From a virus (taxonomy: Duplodnaviria; Caudoviricetes): DNA of 64,000 bases. The position numbers and the translations under genes were made by a program. Position 1 is the stretch's first letter. Each line of letters starts with the position of its first letter. This document shows, in pieces, positions 51,201 to 57,916 of the stretch. The notes beneath the pieces are model-generated. The model made no database searches, was not told the origin of the DNA, and saw nothing but the letters and a program-made list of their open reading frames with translations. Location: positions 96,001-160,000 of the IMG/VR virus record IMGVR_UViG_3300027782_000030; one strand, given 5' to 3'.

Positions 51201-54200
51201 AAATCAAAAAGATTGCCAAACAAAAATAATTTTATTATCATTGATAATAACATAATTGACAGTTTTGATTGGTCATGGCACCCTGATGAAACAGAAGAGC
51301 CATTTGTTTATATATTTGGTAATAATCAGTACTCGGCTGAGATAATGCCAACTATAAAATATGTTGTAGAAGGTGCTGCTGAAATAAAATATGTTAACGA
51401 TATAATTGCTACTTTAGGTGAAAACAAAACCTATTGGGAAATGCCTGAAGGTGTGAATATTATCAACTTTGATTTTAGTTGGGTACCTAACCCTAAAGAC
51501 CCTGCTTACATATATGAATTTGGTACTCAATGGAATGATAGAGGAGGACCAAAATATGTTCCTCCTAATAAAGGGCTTAGATTAGCATCAGGTAAACTTA
51601 TCGGTCAATATAAGTATGTCAGTGATCAAATTGCTACAGTAGGGGAAAATAAAACAAATTGGATCATACCTAATAATATTGACATTACAGGTTTTGATTT
51701 TAGTTGGGTCCCACATCCCGATGATCCGCCATATGTATATGAATTTGGTACCCAATGGCAGCAGACAGGAGGGCCCAAGTATATAGTTGAGAATGCTACT
51801 GAAGTTAAATATGTAGATATATTTAAAGTTAGAATGTTACCCAATAGTGATAATTGGGAAGTACCTGATAATATAGATAGCACTAAATTTGATTTTAGCT
51901 GGCATCCAAATTCAACTGAAGAACCCTACACATATAAATTTGGAACTCAGTGGCAAAAGACTGGAGGTCCTAGTTATTTAACACCTGGTATTCATAAAAA
52001 CAGTCCGATAAAATATATTGATAATCAAGTACTTAGTAGTATTAGATTACCCAACAAAGACAATTTTACTATATTAGATAATATTATTGTTGCTGATTTT
52101 GATTACAGTTGGCACCCTGACGAAACTGAAGAGCCGTATGTGTACGTATTTGGTAATAATTATTATCCAGCTGAGATAATGCCAACTATTCAATATGTAC
52201 CCGAAAATGTAGTCAGAGCAGCATCAGGGATACCAATTGAGCCAATTAAATATGTTAATAATGTGGTTGCAACATTAGGACAAAATAAAACTAATTGGAT
52301 AGTACATCAGCCGATAGATGAAAGTAAGTTTGATTTCAGTTGGGTACCTAATCCCAAAGATCCTCCTTATATCTATGTTTGGGGTAACAAGTATATTTCA
52401 AACATATATAAACCTACATTGGAATATGTTCCTTCTGAAATTCCTAGACTAGCAACAGGTAAACCAATTGGTCAAATTAAGTATATGGATGATGACGTTG
52501 AAGTTCTTCCCGAATGGGATAATTGGATTATACCTGAAGATATAGATAAAAATAGTTTTGATTTTACATGGAGACCTGATCCACGTGAGCCTGATTTTAT
52601 ATATCAATTTGGTACACAACATCAAAAAACAGGTGGTCCTCAGTATATTACCTTAGGTATCCCTAGACTAGCAACAGGAAAACCAATTGGCGGTCAAGTT
52701 AAATATGTTGATGGTATAAAGGCTAAAAAGCTACCTAATAAAACTAATTGGACTAATCCTAGCAAAGCGGATGTTAGTACATTTGATTTCAGTTGGCACC
52801 CGGACGATACGTCACCTCCTTACATATATCAATTTGGTACATTATTAGATAGAGAAGATGGACCTAGGTATATGACTCCAAAGACTAATGGAGTGATTGT
52901 TTATTTGGAAAAAGTTGAAAAAGAAATTGAGGAAGTTATAGAAGAATTGGTACGAGGTGATTTCCCTAAATATTATATTTCTACTACCCTTGAAGATTTG
53001 GTAAAAGAACACCCAAATGAAATGTTTTGGGCATTAAATCCTAATTTAGATTATAGTGATTTTGATTTTGATTGGAGACCTAATATTGACCGATCACAGT
53101 ATGAATCAGAATATGTTCATGTGTTTGGATCTAGTGAAAGTGAAAAAACACAGACATATCTAGTTAATAGTATAATGTGGGAGAAAGGTTTTAGAGAATT
53201 AAATTGGGTCGTTGACAAAAAACTTGATGATGTAACATTATTTAAAATGTTCAAAAAATCCGATATGTTCTTTGTAGATAGAAGTAACCTAGAATCTCAC
53301 GCAAGATTTGAACAACTTAAAGTTAAATTTCCTAATATACAAAAGACAAGATACCTAAATAGTTGGGTTGATACTATTAATCGTTGTATAAATCGTGCAA
53401 GTAGTAATTTATGTTGGATATTAAACAGTGAATTAGATTATAGTAATTTTGATTTTGATTATTATCCTAATCCTTGGCAAATGAAAATGGTCCATGTATT
53501 TGGAACACAATGGAGTCATTGGGGGTCAACATTCATGGTCAACCGAGAATCATTTGCTGAAGATACTAAATGGATTAAAATTATAGAGCATTTAAGTAAT
53601 CTTAACTTTGTAAAAGATAGAATTGCTATAGCTGATAACAATGTATATGACATATATGTTGTAGACCACGGTAATAAAGAAACAGCCACTGTGGTTGATC
53701 AATTGACTAATAAAGCGTGTGGTAAATCAGTTAATACTATTAAATATACCGAAAATTATTTACTTACATTTAGAAATCTATTAAGACAATTACCTGAAAA
53801 GAAAGAACATTATATTTGGTTATGTAGTAGCATATGTGACTATAGTAATTTTGACTTTAGTTATATATGCGATCCTTTTGCCCGTGAGCAATTGCATGTA
53901 TTTCCTAGTGATACTCAAAAATTAGGTGATACCTTTTTAGTTAATATTAATAAGTTTCGTGAATTAATTAATAATATGACTTTATTAAATGAATATAATA
54001 AAATCAATTATAATCAACATCAAAAAGTTAAAAGATTAGAACCGCCCACTATTATTACTAATTACGATTCTCATGTATTAAGTGTAATGGAAGACTTTGA
54101 TTTCCCATATGCTGTGTTTTTATCTGAAGATAATAAAGATTTAAAAGTCAATGACGAAGAGCCGATTAGTTTATGGAGCAGTGACACTAAAAACATTGTT

Positions 54201-54986
54201 GTTACTAGCACAGGTGGAACAAGAATAGTAGTTCCCAAAGAGGCTAAAAATTATGTAGATACGCAATTGTATGATTACCCCTACATTAAAAAGGCTAGTA
54301 GACTTGTGCCTAGTAATGTTTTAGACATTGTGTTTTTAAGTAATGGTGAGCCCAATGCAGATGAAAACTATGAAAACTTGTTAAAACTAACTCGTGGGTT
54401 ACCAAATAAAGTTACTAGAATAGAAGGCATAAATGGTAGAGTAGCCGCTTATCATAAAACAGCAGAGGCTAGTAATACTAACTGGTATTTTGTTGTTTGG
54501 GGTAAACTATTTGTTAATCCAAAGTTTGATTGGTCGTGGCAACCTGATAGATTACAAATACCTAAGAACTATATATTTCATGCAAAAAATCCATTGAATG
54601 GATTAATATATGGCCATCAAGCAGTTGTTGCGTATAATAAAAAATTAGCATTATCTACTAAAGGTAATCAATTAGACTTTACTATGGAAAGTCCACATCA
54701 GGTAGTACCTATATTATCAGGGACCGCTAATTATAATAGTGATGCATGGACTACATGGAGAACTGCATTTAGAGAGTGTATTAAACTTAGATATGATAAT
54801 ACTGAAGAAAGCAAAAATAGATTAAAAATTTGGTTAACTAAAGCCGATGGAAATTTTGCAGACTTTAGTATTCAAGGCGCTAACGATGCTATAGAGTATT
54901 TTGATAGTGTGGATGGTGAGTATTCTAAACTCAAACTAAGCTACGAATGGGCTTGGCTGAGAGAAAAGTTCCAAAAATTTGACTAA
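48237..54986 (+). CDS. 2,249-aa protein with 21 tandem ~70-aa Trp-rich repeats and a C-terminal GT-A-like domain
   Basis: 21 copies of FD(F/Y)(S/T)W.P....(Y/F)IY.FG..W..TGGP.Y. The C-terminus (from ~54320) aligns with 23998..24948. Confidence 0.8.
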   Translation: MRDVFYYGKKPNVHPKEKFATSIEDARSQCTTEHFWIINEYCDYRNLDWDFDFEFLPDEDVWAEDHNNVWPSQHQKDSGTWLCPKKNSDIIIYRADVDPVIRKNIKNDNWVILYEIDEINFDFSWHPDPTDPSYTYVWGNQWHSGKIMPTVKYSVLGSLEVKYIENNIAILAQLPENFDIFEEVENFDFSWHPNPTSPPYIYVWGNQWNIPQDKISIQYKVDGATEHNYMAERAIRKPCTGNWIIPDNVDTIGFDFSWEPSPADQPYIYQFGTQWQKTGGPQYLTPGVHKNSDIKYIDLQKVKILPNKDNFIILDNIIVDDFDYSWHSDETEEPYIYVFGNNLYAAEIMPTIQYVPKNAVRLTSGKPIEQIKYVNDLVAKLGENRNNWVIHQPIDEIKFDFSWVPNPKDPPYIYVWGNKYISNIYKPTVEYIVEGATEIKYMDDSVAVLPELDRWYIPNNIDDTGFDYTWRPDPLEPVLIWQFGTQWQKTGGPRYTMPSAIEIKYIDSQKVKALPNKNWTIPKNIDVSEFDFSWHPDDTSPSYIYRFPTQWAMSGGPIYTVVGATEVKYIDIFRAKALPNTDNWEFDSNNIDSSIFDFSWHPYAEDEPFIYQFGTQWQKTGGPRYLTPGVHKNSPVKYIDTRIIKAKRLPNKNNFVILDDNVISDFDYSWHHDDTEELFIYVFGNNLYSAEIMPTIQYVPKNAVRLTSGKPIEQIKYVNDLVAKLGENRNNWVIYQPIDESKFDFSWVPNPKDPAYIYCWGNKFISNVYKPTIEYIVEGATEIKYMDDNVVVVPESDRWYIPSNIDDTGFDYTWRPNPLEPDLIWQFGTQWQKTGGPRYIMPGAIEVKYIDSQKVKALSNKNWTIPENIDVSEFDFSWHPDDTSPPYIYRFPTQWAISGGPNYIVEGATEIKYIDKLKAKALPCKDYWDFNSAIVDENSFDFSWHPYAEDEPFIYQFGTQWQKTGGPRYLTPGVHKNSPIKYIDTRIIKSKRLPNKNNFIIIDNNIIDSFDWSWHPDETEEPFVYIFGNNQYSAEIMPTIKYVVEGAAEIKYVNDIIATLGENKTYWEMPEGVNIINFDFSWVPNPKDPAYIYEFGTQWNDRGGPKYVPPNKGLRLASGKLIGQYKYVSDQIATVGENKTNWIIPNNIDITGFDFSWVPHPDDPPYVYEFGTQWQQTGGPKYIVENATEVKYVDIFKVRMLPNSDNWEVPDNIDSTKFDFSWHPNSTEEPYTYKFGTQWQKTGGPSYLTPGIHKNSPIKYIDNQVLSSIRLPNKDNFTILDNIIVADFDYSWHPDETEEPYVYVFGNNYYPAEIMPTIQYVPENVVRAASGIPIEPIKYVNNVVATLGQNKTNWIVHQPIDESKFDFSWVPNPKDPPYIYVWGNKYISNIYKPTLEYVPSEIPRLATGKPIGQIKYMDDDVEVLPEWDNWIIPEDIDKNSFDFTWRPDPREPDFIYQFGTQHQKTGGPQYITLGIPRLATGKPIGGQVKYVDGIKAKKLPNKTNWTNPSKADVSTFDFSWHPDDTSPPYIYQFGTLLDREDGPRYMTPKTNGVIVYLEKVEKEIEEVIEELVRGDFPKYYISTTLEDLVKEHPNEMFWALNPNLDYSDFDFDWRPNIDRSQYESEYVHVFGSSESEKTQTYLVNSIMWEKGFRELNWVVDKKLDDVTLFKMFKKSDMFFVDRSNLESHARFEQLKVKFPNIQKTRYLNSWVDTINRCINRASSNLCWILNSELDYSNFDFDYYPNPWQMKMVHVFGTQWSHWGSTFMVNRESFAEDTKWIKIIEHLSNLNFVKDRIAIADNNVYDIYVVDHGNKETATVVDQLTNKACGKSVNTIKYTENYLLTFRNLLRQLPEKKEHYIWLCSSICDYSNFDFSYICDPFAREQLHVFPSDTQKLGDTFLVNINKFRELINNMTLLNEYNKINYNQHQKVKRLEPPTIITNYDSHVLSVMEDFDFPYAVFLSEDNKDLKVNDEEPISLWSSDTKNIVVTSTGGTRIVVPKEAKNYVDTQLYDYPYIKKASRLVPSNVLDIVFLSNGEPNADENYENLLKLTRGLPNKVTRIEGINGRVAAYHKTAEASNTNWYFVVWGKLFVNPKFDWSWQPDRLQIPKNYIFHAKNPLNGLIYGHQAVVAYNKKLALSTKGNQLDFTMESPHQVVPILSGTANYNSDAWTTWRTAFRECIKLRYDNTEESKNRLKIWLTKADGNFADFSIQGANDAIEYFDSVDGEYSKLKLSYEWAWLREKFQKFD
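48560..52900 (+). repeat. Coding tandem repeat array (~210-nt unit, 1032-nt higher-order period)
   Basis: Equivalent codons recur at an offset of 1032 nt (49683/50715; 50049/51081; 50112/51144). There is an exact 86-bp duplicate at 49272-49357 = 50304-50389. Confidence 0.85.
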
Positions 54987-55007
54987 ATATATAGAAGGTG
55001 ATATACT
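54979..55007 (+). promoter_or_regulatory. sigma70-type promoter (extended -10)
   Basis: TTGACT-17 nt-TATACT with TG at 54999-55000; TAAATA overlaps the -35/spacer boundary. Confidence 0.7.
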
Positions 55008-55037
55008 GTAGTCATCGGTAACACAACGGAGGTTGAT

Positions 55038-55292
55038 ATGAAACGAGTTCTTGGTCTTGTCGTAGCGTTAGGTCTTGGTGCAAGTGCTACTGGTTGCGCC
55101 AGTCATCAGGTTGCCCCCGCAATTGTAGGGGCAGTAGTTGGAGTAGCGGTTGCAGATGCGGCTTACCGTCGTCCTGTAGTGGTTCAGGGTCCTGTTGTTA
55201 TTCAGCAACGTCAGTATCCTACAAATTATAATCGTCAGCCGGTTTATGTGTGTGACTACTATACTATCCCTAACCGTTGTTCTTGGCAATAA
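55038..55292 (+). CDS. Putative small lipoprotein
   Basis: SD GGAGG; signal peptide MKRVLGLVVALGLGASATG-C (lipobox-like); Gly-zipper-like GAVVG helix. Confidence 0.6.
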   Translation: MKRVLGLVVALGLGASATGCASHQVAPAIVGAVVGVAVADAAYRRPVVVQGPVVIQQRQYPTNYNRQPVYVCDYYTIPNRCSWQ

Positions 55293-55306
55293 TAGGAGAT
55301 CGTAAA

Positions 55307-55627
55307 ATGAAAACAAAAATTCTAGCTGCCGTGCTAGCCATGGCTCCATTAAGTGGCATGGCCCAACACCATCAAGGGTTCAGACATTTTGACCATCATC
55401 AACACTACAGAGGTGGATTGGGATGGGTAGCACCTGCTGTAATCGGTGGTGCTGTAGTATATGGACTAACCCGCCCTGCACCAGTAATCGTTCAACAACC
55501 GCCGGTTTATATTCAACAACCTATTATAGTAGACTCATCACAGGTTGTAATCATTGATGGAGTATCTTACATTAAACAGGCCATGATTATTAATGGAGTA
55601 ACACAAGAGGTATTGGTACGCCAATAA
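55307..55627 (+). CDS. Putative secreted/membrane small protein
   Basis: Start is likely 55307 (SD AGGAG). Signal peptide MKTKILAAVLAMAPLSGMA, His-rich segment, VIGGAVVYG helix and a P/Q/V-rich tail. Confidence 0.6.
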   Translation: MKTKILAAVLAMAPLSGMAQHHQGFRHFDHHQHYRGGLGWVAPAVIGGAVVYGLTRPAPVIVQQPPVYIQQPIIVDSSQVVIIDGVSYIKQAMIINGVTQEVLVRQ

Positions 55628-55633
55628 TAAACA

Positions 55634-55783
55634 ATGTTTAAATTTAAATTATGGGTTAGGATTAATCCCTATCAAACTGCTCATACTGTAGTTTGGGCCA
55701 GCAACGCACTGGAGGCCAAACAATTAGGTGAGACTCAGTATGGTGTAGGCAATGTGCTTAACTATACGCAAATAGATGAATAA
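55634..55783 (+). CDS. 49-aa hypothetical protein (not in ORF track)
   Basis: MFKFKLWVRINPYQTAHTVVWASNALEAKQLGETQYGVGNVLNYTQIDE fills the gap between two genes. Confidence 0.6.
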   Translation: MFKFKLWVRINPYQTAHTVVWASNALEAKQLGETQYGVGNVLNYTQIDE

Positions 55784-55789
55784 CCTATA

Positions 55790-56941
55790 ATGAATAATTT
55801 TATAGTTTATAACCCATCATCTTTGGATGGGACAGTATACAATATATTTTTTAATATTTTTGGTAGATATACAGATATCGTAGAAGATGTTAAACTGTTT
55901 AGTGGTATTTCAGTCTTAACATTAAGAGAAGATTTATTGTTAACAAAAAATCCACTAATGTTTAATTATTATGAAATTTACATGTACAGAAAATCTAAAG
56001 GGTTACCTACAAAAATTATCATTGATTGGTCATTAGAGGGTCAATGTCATAATTCAAGTTTATCAACTTTATTCAAGGAAAACGAACTTAATATTGATAA
56101 AGATATATTATTTGTACATAATGATTCTTCTAATAGAATTTGGGTTCCGTTTAATATTGGACAACAGTTAACTATTGATTACCATGCATTAGATGCATAT
56201 AAAAGGTGTATTATTACCTCTAGCAATTTGACTGACAGAACCTTAGTAAAAGACAGAAAAAATGGATTAAATTTATTAATAGGTAAATTAAAAACAAAAC
56301 ATTCTAGATTTTTGGCAGCATATTATTTTTATAAATATGATTTACTTGATAGTGCTGTATTAGGTTTGCATGTACTACCAGAAGATATTGTCACAAGGAT
56401 GAAACTACATCCTGCATATTATGATATGAACTTTTATAATAAAATTGTACCATTATTAGGACCAGCGGATTCAGTTTCTAAACTACACGATACGAATGAA
56501 GGGTGTACAGCAGAAGATGGCGGGTGGCCATTTGATCCAAACATATTTAAAAATTCTAGTATAAGCTATGTTTGTGAAACCTATGATATTGACAAAGGAA
56601 TTTTTCCATACTTAGTGACAGAAAAATTTTATAGGTCTATTATTAATAAACATCCGTTTGTAGTGCAAGCCGGTTCAGGTCAATTAAACACTGTTAAATC
56701 TTTGGGGTTTGAAACCTTTTCATCTATCATTGATGAAAGTTATAATGATTATGATGTTCTTGATTATTCACATGTTGAAAAAACTGTATTAGCCGCAAAG
56801 GATTTTTTATCAAAACTATCTAATAATGCTGATAAAATACAAGAAATTGTAGACTATAATTATAATCGTTGGCTATCAAGAAGTAAGGATGAATATGATA
56901 AGACTACTGATTTTTTTATCAGATTTATAAATAATCAGTAA
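55790..56941 (+). CDS. Uncharacterised glycosyltransferase-like protein (copy 5)
   Basis: SISYVCET...TEKFYR...HPFVV...GFETF...DESYN. Confidence 0.5.
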   Translation: MNNFIVYNPSSLDGTVYNIFFNIFGRYTDIVEDVKLFSGISVLTLREDLLLTKNPLMFNYYEIYMYRKSKGLPTKIIIDWSLEGQCHNSSLSTLFKENELNIDKDILFVHNDSSNRIWVPFNIGQQLTIDYHALDAYKRCIITSSNLTDRTLVKDRKNGLNLLIGKLKTKHSRFLAAYYFYKYDLLDSAVLGLHVLPEDIVTRMKLHPAYYDMNFYNKIVPLLGPADSVSKLHDTNEGCTAEDGGWPFDPNIFKNSSISYVCETYDIDKGIFPYLVTEKFYRSIINKHPFVVQAGSGQLNTVKSLGFETFSSIIDESYNDYDVLDYSHVEKTVLAAKDFLSKLSNNADKIQEIVDYNYNRWLSRSKDEYDKTTDFFIRFINNQ

Positions 56942-56949
56942 ATAAAAGT

Positions 56950-57262
56950 ATTGTTGTAAAAGCCGTGAGGAAAGAAGCAAGTCAAAAGACGGGCAAGACG
57001 GGGGTGCGAATCCCCCCACCTCCACCAAAAGCATACTAGAGTGACGCTGGGGAAGAGTAATAGGCAGCGGTCGATAAATCTTCCAAGTATGCTTCTGATG
57101 GGGGTGACTAGAATCGATTGACGGATGAGTAGATGAGTGGACAACACGAGAGGCGATGGACGTAATCCAAGCAAAATCTATAAATGCCAACGATGAGGTA
57201 TTTTCTTTAGCCGCATGAGGCTGAGACGGAGTAGGACAGACTCTGTAAAATAACCAACCTGT
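56950..57262 (+). ncRNA. ssrA: Circularly permuted (two-piece) tmRNA
   Basis: Acceptor piece: T-arm GGGGG-TGCGAAT-CCCCC (57000-57016), then CACCTCC-A-CCA ending at 57027. Intervening segment 57028-57099. The coding piece starts GGGGGTG at 57100 and pairs with CACCTCC, including the G3.U wobble. Resume codon GCC at 57186, tag ANDEVFSLAA* (57186-57218), stop inside the TTAGCC/GGCTGA hairpin. The outer ends are approximate. Confidence 0.9.
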
Positions 57263-57290
57263 AATAGGCCCGCAAGGGCCTATTATTTTG
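57262..57290 (+). terminator. Intrinsic terminator after tmRNA
   Basis: TAATAGGCCC-GCAA-GGGCCTATTA followed by a T-rich run. Confidence 0.85.
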
Positions 57291-57316
57291 TTGTTTTTTC
57301 GCAACAAACCCAAAAT

Positions 57317-57345
57317 TTGACATTAATTCGGCATAAGCGTATACT
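57317..57345 (+). promoter_or_regulatory. sigma70-type early promoter
   Basis: TTGACA-17 nt-TATACT. Confidence 0.8.
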
Positions 57346-57375
57346 ATATCTATAGTGAGAAACAAGGAGAGCGAA

Positions 57376-57747
57376 ATGAGCGAACTGACTTACAAGACTT
57401 GGGAAGAGTACACTCCGCTTGAGCAGGCCGCAATGACCTACTGGGACATGTACAAGGACGCTTACAATTTCCGCCCCCGTAGTGTAGACACGTCCACATG
57501 GACGCTGGCCGACTTCCAAAAGGAGTTCGAAACCCTTCAGTTTATCATCGACCGTGATGAGGCCCAGCGTATCGAGGACGAGGCTGCGGCCGTGACTCGG
57601 TTCGAAGCCCGTATTGCTAGCATCATCCAACTTGGTGCTAGGGACCGTGCAATGGCACTGCGTTGGATTCACGAGGCTGAGGACACCGGCGGCGACGATG
57701 AGTACCTCTGCTACACGGTTGGCATCCCTTATGGATACTTCAAATGA
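57376..57747 (+). CDS. Hypothetical early protein
   Basis: Start is likely 57376 (SD AAGGAG); GC-richer codons than the neighbouring structural and enzyme genes. Confidence 0.7.
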   Translation: MSELTYKTWEEYTPLEQAAMTYWDMYKDAYNFRPRSVDTSTWTLADFQKEFETLQFIIDRDEAQRIEDEAAAVTRFEARIASIIQLGARDRAMALRWIHEAEDTGGDDEYLCYTVGIPYGYFK

Positions 57748-57857
57748 CATTCACTTTAACTACCCCAACTGGTAAGGTTATGCAGTTCTATTTGCAGGCT
57801 ATGGCTGAAATGTATCAGACACTTTACCAAGGCACAATCACTAAGGTTTCTGCTTGA
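57744..57857 (+). CDS. 37-aa hypothetical protein (not in ORF track)
   Basis: ATGA overlap; MTFTLTTPTGKVMQFYLQAMAEMYQTLYQGTITKVSA. Its TGA stop lies inside the next -35 box (TTGACA). Confidence 0.55.
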   Translation: MTFTLTTPTGKVMQFYLQAMAEMYQTLYQGTITKVSA

Positions 57858-57882
57858 CATTAATTCAGGCAGTTGCTATAAT
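57854..57882 (+). promoter_or_regulatory. Consensus sigma70 promoter
   Basis: TTGACA-17 nt-TATAAT. Confidence 0.85.
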
Positions 57883-57916
57883 CTTTTTATCGTAGTTTTT
57901 TCAACAGGAGTAAGAA

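Noticed and set aside
48560-52900. Repeat array as a CRISPR array or a diversity-generating retroelement TR/VR pair
   Set aside because: The repeats are in-frame protein repeats with synonymous divergence and no unique spacers. Mismatches are not adenine-specific, and no reverse transcriptase is present in the window.
57000-57027. Stand-alone tRNA gene
   Set aside because: The T-arm and CCA have no upstream D-arm or anticodon arm. The matching 5' acceptor strand lies downstream, which fits permuted tmRNA.
57028-57099. Known self-cleaving ribozyme or SAM-II riboswitch in the tmRNA spacer
   Set aside because: It lacks the hammerhead CUGAUGA/GAAA core, the HDV/theta P1-P1.1-P3 layout, and the SAM-II U-rich/A-rich triplex elements.
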